NCBI GenBank assembly: GCA_046726415.1
Contig: JBKPAK010000200.1
Coordinates: 1-36,766 of the forward strand
DNA length: 36,766 bases
Source: Candidatus Methylomirabilota bacterium
GTDB taxonomy: Bacteria > Methylomirabilota > Methylomirabilia > Rokubacteriales > CSP1-6
Reading direction: 5' to 3'
A model generated the notes under the pieces. That model was not told the DNA's origin and ran no database searches. It was given only the letters and a program-made list of their open reading frames with translations. The position numbers and the translations under genes were made by a program. Below, piece after piece: positions 25,952-35,407 of this stretch (its first letter is position 1; every line of letters begins with the position of its first letter).

Positions 25952-26887
25952 TCAGCGCCGAAAGGCCGGGACGACTTCCTCCATGAAGAGCTGGAGTCCC
26001 TCCAGGTCGATCGGGCCCCGCAGCACCGCGTTCACCCAGGTGGCGCCGGCTTTCTGGTAGCGCCCGACGCGGTCGATAACTCGCTGCGGCGTTCCCGCTA
26101 GCATGCCTTCTTCCAGACGCGTCTCGTGGCGCGCGCCGAACCGCGCGGCGAGGTCCGCTTGCTTCTTGGCCACCTCGCCCTCGGTGCAACCGATCCCCAG
26201 ACCTAGGTTGACACTGCGGATCACGGTCGCGGGGTCGCGCTTCTCCACCTCGCACCATTCCGTGAGCACCGCATTCTTGCGCGACCATTCTTCAACGCTG
26301 ATGTAGGCGCCGTTCCAGGCGTCACCGTAGCGAGCGGCCAGGCGCAGGGTGCGTCGCTCACCACGTCCGCCGATCCAGATCCTGGGGGAAGGCTGCACGG
26401 GCCTCGGTCGGCTATAGGCCTGGCGCACCGTGAAGTACGTGCCCTCGAAGTCCGTGACATCCTGCGTCAGCATCGATTTGATGATCTGCAGCGCCTCTTC
26501 GAAGCGATCGAGGCGCTCGCGGGGCGGCAGGAACGGCACGCCAAAGGCCACGTGCTCAGCCTCGTGCCAGCCGGCCCCCAGGCCCACTTCCAGCCGGCCA
26601 TGGCTGATGTGGTCGATTGTGATGAGCGACTTGGCCAGGACGGCCGGGTTGCGGAAGGCACAACAGAGCACATGGCAGCCGACGCGCACCCGCGAGGTTT
26701 CCGCCGCCACCGCGGCCATCAGGGCTACGGCTTCCATCTCGGACCCCCCGGGATCCTCGACCAGGGCCGGGTAGAGGTGATCCCAGACCGAAACCCATTC
26801 GAGTCCGCCCACGTCAGCCAGCTTCCAGGCCCGCCGCAGCTCGTCGTAGGAGCAGTGCTGTTGGCCGGTGTGAATGCCAAAATGCAT
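25952..26887 (-). CDS. LLM-class oxidoreductase (probable F420-dependent subfamily)
   Basis: SVWDHL, FRNPAVLAK, IDHISHGRLEVGLGAGW..EH, PRIWIGGRGE; start ATG 26887. Confidence 0.88.
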   Translation of the reverse strand: MHFGIHTGQQHCSYDELRRAWKLADVGGLEWVSVWDHLYPALVEDPGGSEMEAVALMAAVAAETSRVRVGCHVLCCAFRNPAVLAKSLITIDHISHGRLEVGLGAGWHEAEHVAFGVPFLPPRERLDRFEEALQIIKSMLTQDVTDFEGTYFTVRQAYSRPRPVQPSPRIWIGGRGERRTLRLAARYGDAWNGAYISVEEWSRKNAVLTEWCEVEKRDPATVIRSVNLGLGIGCTEGEVAKKQADLAARFGARHETRLEEGMLAGTPQRVIDRVGRYQKAGATWVNAVLRGPIDLEGLQLFMEEVVPAFRR

Positions 26888-26992
26888 ATCGGACGCCTCG
26901 CGCCAGGTGGTCGCGATGGCCCTCGAGGGTAGCACAGGGCCCTGGCCAGAATGGTCCTCCGCTCTCGAGGCCAGGCGAGGCACGGCCCTCCC

Positions 26993-27021
26993 TTGCACCC
27001 ATTCAGTCCTTGGCCTAGTAT
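26993..27021 (+). promoter_or_regulatory. Putative sigma70 promoter of the Liv-type ABC operon
   Basis: TTGCAC, 17 nt, TAGTAT. Confidence 0.5.
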
Positions 27022-27079
27022 TCGCCGATCCCGTCGATGACCCGACCCTCCCGGGTCGGACCTCCAGGAGGACACGTCC

Positions 27080-28279
27080 ATGATGAAGCAGATTCTCGCG
27101 GTACTTGCGGCGCTGGCCATGACCGCGGCGTGGGCCCAAGCCCAGGAGGTGAAGGTGGGCGTGAATCTACCGTATACGGGCATTGGCGCCGAGTTCGCTC
27201 AACAGGTGGATCGCGGCATGGAGCTCTACCTCAAGCTCAATGCCGACAAGGTGAAACCCTACAAGATCTCGCTGATCAAGCGCGATGTGAAAGACCCGGG
27301 CGGAGCCAACGCCAAGATCGTGGTCCAGGAGCTCCTCACCCAGGACAACGTCGACATCCTCGCGGGCTGGATCTATTCGCCGAACGCCATCGCATCGGCG
27401 CCGGTCGTCACGGCTGGCAAGAAGCTGGCCGTGATCATGAACGCGGGCACGGCTCACATTACCAATATGTCGCCCTACTATGTCCGCACCTCGTTCAGCA
27501 TGTGGCATGCCGGCTACGCCATGGGGGACGCCGCCGCCAAACTGCTGAAAGCCAAGACGGCGGTCGTGGGTTATACCGACTTCCCGCCCGGTAAGGACAG
27601 CCTGGCCGCGTTCAAGCGCGGCTTCGAAGCCAACGGGGGCCAGGTGATCGACGAGATCCCGATGGCCGGCGCTGGCGCGGTGCCCGACTTCACGCCCTTC
27701 TTCCAGCGCGCCAAGGACAAGAAGCCAGACGTCTTCTTCGTCTTCGTGCCGGCTGGTGACCATGCCGCCGCCGTGGTGAAGACCTACGCCGCCCTCGGCA
27801 TGCGGGAGGCGGGCATCAAGCTGATCGGCCCCGGCGACATCACTCAGGACACCAAGCTGCAGGCCATGGGACCGGCCGCCGTCGGCCTCATCACGATGCA
27901 CCACTACACCGCCGATCTCGACAACCCCGAGAACAAGCGCTTCGTCGAGGCGTGGAAGAAGGAGTACGGCGCGAACTCCACCCCCGATTTCATGGCCGTG
28001 GGCGGCTACGACGGCATGGCCGCCATCGTCCACGTGATCCACACCCTCAAAGGCAAGATCGACTCGGACAAGGCACTGGAGGCGCTCAAGGGCTGGAAGT
28101 TCGCGAGCCCCCGGGGACCCATCATGATCGACCCCGTCACCCGCGACATCGTCATGAACGAGTACCTGTCCGAGGCGGTGATGAAGGACGGCCGCGTCGT
28201 CCAGAAGGTGATTGGCAAGATCGACGGAGTGAAGGACCCCTGCAAGGAGCAGAAGATCGGGCCTTGCGCGCCCAAGTGA
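27080..28279 (+). CDS. Liv/HAAT-family ABC substrate-binding protein (aromatic-acid-binding type)
   Basis: Signal peptide AWAQAQ; VKVG, RTSFS, PDFTPF, SPRGPI.IDP.TRD; AGGAGG SD. Confidence 0.9.
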   Translation: MMKQILAVLAALAMTAAWAQAQEVKVGVNLPYTGIGAEFAQQVDRGMELYLKLNADKVKPYKISLIKRDVKDPGGANAKIVVQELLTQDNVDILAGWIYSPNAIASAPVVTAGKKLAVIMNAGTAHITNMSPYYVRTSFSMWHAGYAMGDAAAKLLKAKTAVVGYTDFPPGKDSLAAFKRGFEANGGQVIDEIPMAGAGAVPDFTPFFQRAKDKKPDVFFVFVPAGDHAAAVVKTYAALGMREAGIKLIGPGDITQDTKLQAMGPAAVGLITMHHYTADLDNPENKRFVEAWKKEYGANSTPDFMAVGGYDGMAAIVHVIHTLKGKIDSDKALEALKGWKFASPRGPIMIDPVTRDIVMNEYLSEAVMKDGRVVQKVIGKIDGVKDPCKEQKIGPCAPK

Positions 28280-28299
28280 TGATGGTGGACCCGAGGGGC

Positions 28300-28328
28300 G
28301 CCGCCGCCCGGGGAGGCCGGGCGGCGGC
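28300..28328. terminator. Perfect 12-bp hairpin after the SBP gene (mRNA stabiliser/attenuator)
   Basis: GCCGCCGCCCGG-GGAGG-CCGGGCGGCGGC. Confidence 0.6.
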
Positions 28329-28361
28329 CTCGCTGAGTTCCTTCCCGCGACAGGCCCGCTC

Positions 28362-29237
28362 GTGATCTTCGGCATCGACCTGGCCAGCATGCTCCTGGGC
28401 GGAGTGGCGGCGGGCATGGTGCTGTTCATCGTGTCGGTGGGATTGTCGGTCACCATGGGCTTGATGGGTTTCGTCAATCTCGCCCATGGTGGCTTCGCCA
28501 TGCTCGGGGGCTACGCGATCGTGCAGGGCATGAAGCACTGGGGCATCGGGTTCGTGCCCGCCCTCGCCTTCGGATTCGTGGCCACCGCCGTGGTGAGCGT
28601 GGCGTTCGAACGCCTGCTCTACACAAGGCTCTACCGGGCGGCCGAGCTCGACCAGGTGCTGTTCACCATCGGCCTGGTCTTCATCATGATCGCGTCGGTG
28701 ACGTTGCTGATCGGCCCCGAAAACCAGCCCCTCGCGCTGCCCCCCATGCTGCAGGGTCAGATCAATCTCGGATTCACGCACTATCGCACCTACAGCGTCG
28801 TCCTCATCGCCATTGGGATCGCCATCGTCGTCGCCCTCTGGCTTGGCTTCGAGCGCACGCGCATGGGCGCGCAGATCCGCGCCGCGGTCGATAACCGGCG
28901 CATGGCCGAATCGCTCGGCATCAACATCGGTCGCCTGTTCACCGTCACCTTCGCCGTGGGCAGCGGCATGGCGGCCCTGGGGGGCGGGCTCGGCGCCGAG
29001 TTTCTCGGCCTCGATCCCCAGTACCCGCTCAAGTACCTGGTGTATTTCCTCATCGTCGTCTCGGTGGGCGGCCTCGGGCGCGTGACCGGCGTGTTTTACG
29101 CGGCGCTGCTGATCGGAGTTCTCGACTTCGCGCTCAAGAAATACGTGCCGCAGGGCGGCACCCTGTCCATCTACGCGCTTACCATCTTGCTCTTGCTTTG
29201 GCGGCCGCAGGGCCTGTTCGGAGGCAAGACGACATGA
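28362..29237 (+). CDS. livH: Branched-chain amino acid-type ABC permease
   Basis: GLSVTMGLMGFVNLAHG, IRAAVDN, WRPQGLFG. Confidence 0.9.
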   Translation: MIFGIDLASMLLGGVAAGMVLFIVSVGLSVTMGLMGFVNLAHGGFAMLGGYAIVQGMKHWGIGFVPALAFGFVATAVVSVAFERLLYTRLYRAAELDQVLFTIGLVFIMIASVTLLIGPENQPLALPPMLQGQINLGFTHYRTYSVVLIAIGIAIVVALWLGFERTRMGAQIRAAVDNRRMAESLGINIGRLFTVTFAVGSGMAALGGGLGAEFLGLDPQYPLKYLVYFLIVVSVGGLGRVTGVFYAALLIGVLDFALKKYVPQGGTLSIYALTILLLLWRPQGLFGGKTT

Positions 29238-30268
29238 CCTCGCCGCAGCCCGCGGGGGCCGATCATCTGGCCGCGCGCGCCCTGGCCGGCCGGCACCGGC
29301 TCCGGGCCTGGGAGCCGATCCCTTGGATCCTGGCCACCGCGTTCTATTTCGCCTTCCCACGACATCTCGGCTTTGGCACCGAACTCTTGATCGCGATCCT
29401 CTTTGCTCTCTCGCTCGACCTCGTGCTCGGCTATGCGGGGATCGTGACCCTCGGGCATGCCGCGTTCTTCGGGGCCGGCGCCTATACCGTGGGTATGCTC
29501 GCCAAGCACGGAATCTGGAACGAGCCCATCACCGGGCTGATCCTCGCGGCCCTGGTGGCCGCGGCCGTCGGTCTCGGCTCGGGTCTGGTGCTGCTGCGCA
29601 CGCAGGGTCTCACCCTGCTCATGCTGACCTTGTGCACCATGGCCCTGCTCGAGGAAGCCGCTAATCTCGGTCATGCCTACACCGGCGGCTTCGACGGCCT
29701 CGACAGCCTGCCCATCGCTCCGCTCCTCGGGATGTTCGAGTTCAGTCCGCTGTTTCCGACGACGCAGTATCTCTACGTCCTCGTCATGCTCTTCCTCTGC
29801 TTCGCGTTCGTGCGCACGCTGGTCTATTCGCCCTTCGGCCAGAGTCTGACCGGAATCCGCGAGAATACCCTGCGCATGCATGCCGTCGGTGCCCCGGTGC
29901 GCGCGCGGCTCGTCACCTGCTATACCCTCTCGGCGGCGATCGCTGGCATCGCGGGCGGCATCTGGGCGCAGGCCAACGCCTACGTCAACCTCGGCACCCT
30001 CGGCCTCGACCGCGCGGCGACGGTGCTCATCATCCTGGTCCTGGGTGGTTACGGCCGTCTCTACGGCGCCTTCATCGGGGCCGTCACCTACATGGTGCTC
30101 TCGCACTTTCTGTCGAAGATCTACCCGACCGCCTGGCAGCTCGGGTTGGGACTCCTCCTCGTCGTCATCGCGTTGTTCGCGCGCAACGGCATTCTCGGGA
30201 TCGCCGAGGTCGGGTGGCGAGCCGTGGGACGTCGGGTGCCACCCTCCGAGGCGAGCCAACGGCGATGA
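29234..30268 (+). CDS. livM: Branched-chain amino acid-type ABC permease
   Basis: GYAGIVTLGHAAFFG, SPFGQSLTGIREN; ATGA overlap with livH. Confidence 0.9.
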   Translation: MTSPQPAGADHLAARALAGRHRLRAWEPIPWILATAFYFAFPRHLGFGTELLIAILFALSLDLVLGYAGIVTLGHAAFFGAGAYTVGMLAKHGIWNEPITGLILAALVAAAVGLGSGLVLLRTQGLTLLMLTLCTMALLEEAANLGHAYTGGFDGLDSLPIAPLLGMFEFSPLFPTTQYLYVLVMLFLCFAFVRTLVYSPFGQSLTGIRENTLRMHAVGAPVRARLVTCYTLSAAIAGIAGGIWAQANAYVNLGTLGLDRAATVLIILVLGGYGRLYGAFIGAVTYMVLSHFLSKIYPTAWQLGLGLLLVVIALFARNGILGIAEVGWRAVGRRVPPSEASQRR

Positions 30269-31047
30269 TGCCTTCACCTCCAGGCGCCGCGCCTGGCCTG
30301 GGGCCCCTGCTCGAGACCCGCGATCTGTGTCGCAACTTCGGCGCGCTGGCCGCCGCGCGTCACATCGACTTCCGGCTCGAGGCCGGGGCGCGCCACGCGC
30401 TCATCGGTCCAAACGGCGCCGGCAAGACCACGTTTGTCAATCTGCTGACCGGAGTCATCCACCCTACCTCCGGCGAGGTGCGTCTGAAGGGTCGCGACAT
30501 CACGGGCGTCGCCCAGGCCGAACGGGTCAAGCTCGGCATCGCGCGCACGTTCCAGATCAACCGGCTCTTCCGACGGCTCTCGGTGCTGGACAACGTCTAC
30601 ATCGCGGTTGCCGAACGGGTGGGCGCCGCCCCGTCCATGTTTCGCCCGGCGGGCCGGCGCCGGGACGTCGTCCAAGAGTCGATGCATCTGCTCGAGACCT
30701 TGAAGCTCACCAACGACGCGAGTCACCGCGTCTGCGAGCTGCCCTATGGCCGCCAACGCCTGGTCGAGCTGGCCATCGCGCTCGGACTCCGCCCCGAAGT
30801 GCTGCTGCTCGACGAGCCCGCGGCCGGTGTGCCCAGCGCCGAGAGCCACATCATTCTCGACGCCATCGACGGCCTCCCCCGACACATCGGTGTGCTCATC
30901 ATCGATCACGACATGGATCTCGTCTTCCGCTTCGCGAAGCGGATTACGGTGATGGTGAGCGGGGCCGTCTTCGCCAGCGGAAGCCCCAAGGAGATTGGCG
31001 CCAATCCCGACGTGCGTGCCGTGTATCTGGGCCGGGTACGACGATGA
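30265..31047 (+). CDS. livG: Branched-chain amino acid-type ABC ATP-binding protein
   Basis: GPNGAGKT, GIARTFQ, LPYGRQR, LLDEPAAG, VRAVYLG. Confidence 0.92.
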   Translation: MMPSPPGAAPGLGPLLETRDLCRNFGALAAARHIDFRLEAGARHALIGPNGAGKTTFVNLLTGVIHPTSGEVRLKGRDITGVAQAERVKLGIARTFQINRLFRRLSVLDNVYIAVAERVGAAPSMFRPAGRRRDVVQESMHLLETLKLTNDASHRVCELPYGRQRLVELAIALGLRPEVLLLDEPAAGVPSAESHIILDAIDGLPRHIGVLIIDHDMDLVFRFAKRITVMVSGAVFASGSPKEIGANPDVRAVYLGRVRR

Positions 31048-31859
31048 GATGGGGGTTCGACAATCGAGATGGAAGGCCCCGCCCAGGCCCCCATGCCCCC
31101 CGAGCCTCGTCCCCGCCCTGGGGAACTCGGGGCGCTCCTCGGTTCCCGGTCATGCCTCCTAGCGCGGTGGAGCTGCGCCACGTTTCGGCCGGTTACGGCG
31201 AGACCGTCGTGCTCGAGGACATCAACCTCGCCCTGGCGCCGGGGGAATGCCTCAGCGTGATCGGCCGCAATGGCGTCGGCAAGACCACGCTGCTGGCCAC
31301 CGTGATGGGCCACACGACGCTGCACCGGGGCGAGGTAATGCTCCACGGACAGAGTCTCAATCGCGTCCCCGTCTTCCGCCGCGCGCTCAACGGTATCGGC
31401 TTCGTCCCCCAGGAGCGCGAGATTTTCCCTTCGCTCAGCGTGCGCGAGAACCTCGAGGTCGGGGCCCGGCCGGGCCACTGGACCCAATCGCGCGTGTTCG
31501 AGCTGTTCCCACACCTCGCGGCGCGGCTGTCGAACATGGGCTGGCAGCTCTCCGGGGGGGAGCAGCAGATGCTTTCGATCGCGCGGGCGCTGTTGACCAA
31601 CCCCTCGGTGCTGCTCATGGATGAGCCGACCGAGGGCCTGGCCCCGGTGATCGTCGAGGCACTCACCGCCGTGCTCTTGCGCCTGCGTGGCGAGCGCGCG
31701 CTCTCCATCGTCCTCGTCGAACAGAACAGCCGCGTCGCCCTCGCGTTCTCGACCCGCACCGTGGTCATGGGCAAGGGGCGCATCGTCTACGACGGCGATT
31801 CGGCGGCGCTCGACGCCGATCCCGAACGGCTGGCCCAGCTCATCGGGGTCGCCGAATAG
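31044..31859 (+). CDS. livF: Branched-chain amino acid-type ABC ATP-binding protein
   Basis: GRNGVGKT, LSGGEQQM, MDEPTEGL, VEQN. Start is either the coupled ATG 31044 (then includes a repeat-encoded extension) or ATG 31152. Confidence 0.9.
   Translation: MRWGFDNRDGRPRPGPHAPRASSPPWGTRGAPRFPVMPPSAVELRHVSAGYGETVVLEDINLALAPGECLSVIGRNGVGKTTLLATVMGHTTLHRGEVMLHGQSLNRVPVFRRALNGIGFVPQEREIFPSLSVRENLEVGARPGHWTQSRVFELFPHLAARLSNMGWQLSGGEQQMLSIARALLTNPSVLLMDEPTEGLAPVIVEALTAVLLRLRGERALSIVLVEQNSRVALAFSTRTVVMGKGRIVYDGDSAALDADPERLAQLIGVAE
31064..31141 (+). repeat. Palindromic interspersed repeat, copy C
   Basis: TCGAGATGGAAGGCCCCG...GGCCCCCATGCCCCCC...CGCCCTGGGGAACTCGGGGCGCTCCTCG; preceded by an extra TGAGATGGGGG at 31045-31055. 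Confidence 0.7.
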
Positions 31860-31999
31860 GCTCGGAAGGGCCGCTCCGCGCCCGAGCCATGACCGCGGCC
31901 ACTCGCGAGGACCACGGATGACGGGGTACTCTAGGTCACTCCGTCGAGCGGGGGCGGCCGATTCCTCGCACCGAGCTTCCCGACGGTCAGGAGAGTGCT

Positions 32000-33451
32000 A
32001 TGCCGGCGCGCACGGGACGTGAGTACATCCAAGCCTTGCGGGACCACGATTGCGAGGTCTGGCTGCGCGGAGAGCGGATCAAAGACGTGACGACCCACCC
32101 CGCCCTGAGCAATGGGGTGCGGGCCATCGCTTCGCTGTACGAGATGCAGCACGATCCCGAGCTGGGCGAGGTCATGACGTATGTGTCGCCGACGAGCGGT
32201 GATCGCGTCGGGCTGTCCTTCATCATCCCGCGCACCAGGCAGGAGCTGGAGCAGCGCCGCGTCATGATGCTGCACTGGGCGCGCACGACGTGCGGCATGA
32301 TGGGCCGCTCGCCCGACTTCATGAACGTGACCTTCGCGGCCTGGGCAGGGGCCGCCAAGTACTTCGCGCAGAACCGACCCGAGTTCGGGGAAAACATCCG
32401 CCGTTACTACGAGTACATCCGGGAAAAGGACCTGACCCTCACCCATGCGTTGATCAACCTGCAGCGAAGTCGGACCGTCTCCGGCGCCTTCAACCTGGAG
32501 GAGGGGACCGCGCTGCGCGTGGTGCGCGAGACCGATGCCGGCGTTGTCGTGCGCGGGGCCCGCGTTTTGGCGACCTTGGGGCCCCTGTCCGACGAGATTG
32601 CCGTGTACTCGCCCCGCATGGGGCGGTTGACGGAGACCCACAGCCCATTCGCCCTCAACTTCGCCATCCCCTGTGGCACGCCGGGGCTGAAATTTCTCTG
32701 TCGCGAGAGCTTTGACCTGGGACGGTCGCATTTCGATCATCCTCTCGGCTCGCGCTTCGAGGAGATGGACTGCGTCGTCTTCTTCGACGATGTGCTCGTG
32801 CCCTGGGAGCGGGTATTCCTGCTCGGCGACGTTGCGCTCATCAACGGAACGGCCCTGACCACCCATTCATCGATGCATTCCGCCCACCAGGGCGCGGCCA
32901 AGAACCTCGCCAAGTGCGAGTTCGTCTTGGGAGTGGCGCTTCTCATGACGCGGACGCTTGGGAACGCCGAGCTGCCCCACTCCGAGGAACGGCTGGGCGA
33001 GGTGATGATGCACACCGAGCTCATGAGGGCGTGCATGCGGGCGGCCGAGGCCGACGCGGAGCTCGACGAGTGGGGTGTGATGTGCCCCGCCCGGCTACCC
33101 GTAGAAACCAGCCGCAATCTCTTCATGACGGCCTATCCGCGGATGGTGGAGATCCTGCAGCTCCTCGGCTCCAGTAGCTTCATGATCATCCCGAGCGAGA
33201 CGGACTTCCACGGCCCCTTAGCGGGAGACATCGAGCAATACCTGGCCACGGATGCCGCCTCGGCCCGCGATCGGGTCAAGCTCTTTCGCCTCGCCTGGGA
33301 TATCGCGGGCAGCGCCTTCGGCAGTCGGCAGGTGCTCTACGAGCGCTTTTTCGCCAGTGACCCCCTGACCCGCGCGCGCATCTTGAACGCCATCTATCCG
33401 AAGGAGGAAGTCACCAAGCGCGTGCTGGATTTCCTCGACTGCGGCGACTAG
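32000..33451 (+). CDS. hpaB: 4-hydroxyphenylacetate 3-monooxygenase oxygenase component
   Basis: ARTGREYI, MMGRSPDF, THALIN, ATLGP, SRFEEMD, VPWERVF, RQVLYERFF; AGGAG SD. Confidence 0.88.
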   Translation: MPARTGREYIQALRDHDCEVWLRGERIKDVTTHPALSNGVRAIASLYEMQHDPELGEVMTYVSPTSGDRVGLSFIIPRTRQELEQRRVMMLHWARTTCGMMGRSPDFMNVTFAAWAGAAKYFAQNRPEFGENIRRYYEYIREKDLTLTHALINLQRSRTVSGAFNLEEGTALRVVRETDAGVVVRGARVLATLGPLSDEIAVYSPRMGRLTETHSPFALNFAIPCGTPGLKFLCRESFDLGRSHFDHPLGSRFEEMDCVVFFDDVLVPWERVFLLGDVALINGTALTTHSSMHSAHQGAAKNLAKCEFVLGVALLMTRTLGNAELPHSEERLGEVMMHTELMRACMRAAEADAELDEWGVMCPARLPVETSRNLFMTAYPRMVEILQLLGSSSFMIIPSETDFHGPLAGDIEQYLATDAASARDRVKLFRLAWDIAGSAFGSRQVLYERFFASDPLTRARILNAIYPKEEVTKRVLDFLDCGD

Positions 33452-33505
33452 CCCTCCTAGCCGGTTGGGATCGCGGCCGTCTCGCGGGACGAGAGCAGGG
33501 ACTGA

Positions 33506-34270
33506 TCACTGCCCGCCTCGCTTCGCCCAGAAGCGATACGGCCGTTCGCGGCGGTAGCCGAGTCTGCGGGCGAGCCGGGTCGAGGCCTGGTTATGGCGGT
33601 CGCAGCTCCAGACGGTGTCGTAGCCGCGCCGGCGGCACTCGTCGATCAGGGCGGCGCAGGTGGCGTACGCGAGGCCCTTTCGCCGGTATTCGGGGTGGAC
33701 GATCGGGCCGATTTCGTACGCCTGATCGCCGGGGATGCTCGCGTAGGCCTCGGAGACGACGCGGCCGCGCATCACGCCGCAGACGCCGAAGCCAATCTCC
33801 AGAAATCGCTCGACAGAGCCGCAGTCAGCGACGATCTCCGGCTTCCACAGACACCCTTCGAGCAGCTCGCGCGTCATCGCCACCAACTCGACGCCGTCTG
33901 GCACTGGCGGATCTGCCCGCCATGTCGGCACGTGATCGGTGAACTCGATGCGCTCGACGACGTCGCCTCGTCCCTCGGGAATCGGTTGGCGATCGAGGTC
34001 GTCGCCGCCCCAGATCACCAGCACCTGCCCCGTCGGATGACTCGCGGCGATCGCCGCATCCAGCAATGGCCGATTCCACCTTCCGCCCACGTATGTGAAG
34101 CGGTAGAGCGACACGACGACCGCCGCCGCCGGATGCTCCGCCTGGTCCGCGAACACCCATCCCGGGTTCCGACCCGCGAGGACCGACTCGAGCATCGGGC
34201 GGTTCGGGACGTCCACGGCAAACAGGCCTCGCACACCATCGGTCTCCGCCGGAGCCTTCAGCTCGATCAT
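33506..34270 (-). CDS. GNAT-family acetyltransferase
   Basis: HPEYRRKGLA acetyl-CoA motif; N.AS..LARRLGY. Confidence 0.85.
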   Translation of the reverse strand: MIELKAPAETDGVRGLFAVDVPNRPMLESVLAGRNPGWVFADQAEHPAAAVVVSLYRFTYVGGRWNRPLLDAAIAASHPTGQVLVIWGGDDLDRQPIPEGRGDVVERIEFTDHVPTWRADPPVPDGVELVAMTRELLEGCLWKPEIVADCGSVERFLEIGFGVCGVMRGRVVSEAYASIPGDQAYEIGPIVHPEYRRKGLAYATCAALIDECRRRGYDTVWSCDRHNQASTRLARRLGYRRERPYRFWAKRGGQ

Positions 34271-34354
34271 CGCTGGTCACCGCCATCGAGTCCCGGCGAG
34301 CTCGGATCGCCGGGCCTGTTCTCCCTGGAGTCGAAGAGCGCAACCTCCCCTGGA

Positions 34355-35146
34355 TTACAACACCGAGCGGACGAGGCCACCGTCGACCAGGATGGTGGTG
34401 CCGGTGATGTAGCTCGCCTTGTCCGACGCCAGGAACGCCACCAGGTGCGCCATTTCTTTGGGGTCCCCGATGCGGCCCACCGCGGTCTCGGCCGCTCGCT
34501 GGGCCAGCCCTTCTTCCACGGAGATCCCCAGTTCTTTGGCCCGAGCGGTCACGTTGGAAAGCATGCGTTCGGTGAGGATCGAGCCCGGGCACACATTGTT
34601 CACGAGAATGCCGTCGCGGCCCACCTCATCGGCCAGGCTCTTGGCGAACGCCACCACCCCCATCCGCGTGGCCCCCGAGAGGGCCAGGTTGGGAATGGGC
34701 TGATACACGGTGCTGGCCAGGATGTTGATGATGCGGCCACCGGCGTGCCGCTTCAGGTGGGGAACGGCCTCCCGCGACATTCGCGCGAAGAACAACAGGG
34801 ACCGCTGGAGCGCCGTCGCCCACTGATCCTCGGTGGCCGTGGCGGCCCGGGCCAGCGGCGGACCCCCGGAGTTGTTGACGAGGATGTCGAGACGTCCGAA
34901 GCGATCGACTGCGGCAGCAATCAGGTTGCGAATGGTGTCGTGCTGATCCAGATCCCCGGCGAAGGCCAGGACATCAGTCCCGGTCCCGTCGCGAATCTCC
35001 TTCGCCGTCCGGTCCAACTCGGCCCGGGTACGGCTGCACACCGCCACCTTGACGCCTTCTTCCGCCAGCACCTCGGCACAGGCCCGTCCGAGGCCCTTGC
35101 TGGCCCCGCCAACAATGGCCACCCTGCCTTTCAATCCGAGATCCAT
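34355..35146 (-). CDS. SDR-family oxidoreductase (atypical; SxxxR in place of YxxxK)
   Basis: MDLGLKGRVAIVGGASKGLG, LVNNSGGP, LSGATR, ASYITG..ILVDGG. Confidence 0.92.
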   Translation of the reverse strand: MDLGLKGRVAIVGGASKGLGRACAEVLAEEGVKVAVCSRTRAELDRTAKEIRDGTGTDVLAFAGDLDQHDTIRNLIAAAVDRFGRLDILVNNSGGPPLARAATATEDQWATALQRSLLFFARMSREAVPHLKRHAGGRIINILASTVYQPIPNLALSGATRMGVVAFAKSLADEVGRDGILVNNVCPGSILTERMLSNVTARAKELGISVEEGLAQRAAETAVGRIGDPKEMAHLVAFLASDKASYITGTTILVDGGLVRSVL

Positions 35147-35213
35147 GGGGAGCACACCTCTCTCGTTCCGCTTCGGTACGGGGAATGGGACATCTCGCCA
35201 TCGACCGCGCATG

Positions 35214-35242
35214 ATACTCGGCCAGTGGCAACGGCCTGTCAA
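35214..35242 (-). promoter_or_regulatory. Putative promoter of SDR-GNAT
   Basis: TTGACA, 17 nt, GAGTAT (TATCAT overlaps at 20-nt spacing). Confidence 0.45.
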
Positions 35243-35281
35243 GGCCGCCCGGACGAGGCTAGACATACGGGAGGATTTCGC

Positions 35282-35407
35282 CTGAGCGTCGAGTTCATCG
35301 GATGATTTCGACACGTCGGATCTCGAGATCCATCCGCCCGGGGCCCCGTCATCGATCGCGACTACCCGGGCGCCCTCGCGCGGGCGCACGAGCAGTGCGG
35401 GTTCGAT
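35282..35407 (+). pseudogene. Degenerate N-terminal relic of an LLM-class (alkanesulfonate-monooxygenase-like) gene
   Basis: GGGAGG SD, then CTG at the start position; across frameshifts reads SVEFIG-MISTRRIS-EIHPP-GPVIDRDY.GALARAHEQCGFD, a recognisable LLM N-terminus; truncated. Confidence 0.55.

Noticed and set aside
30200-30250. Second repeat family ending CCCTCCGAG (also about 11832 and 31861)
   Set aside because: Matches are too short and GC-rich to distinguish from chance within this window.
29880-31859. 659-aa ORF read as a large fused ABC ATPase
   Set aside because: Only the last ~236-271 aa are LivF; the upstream part is an alternative frame over livM and livG.
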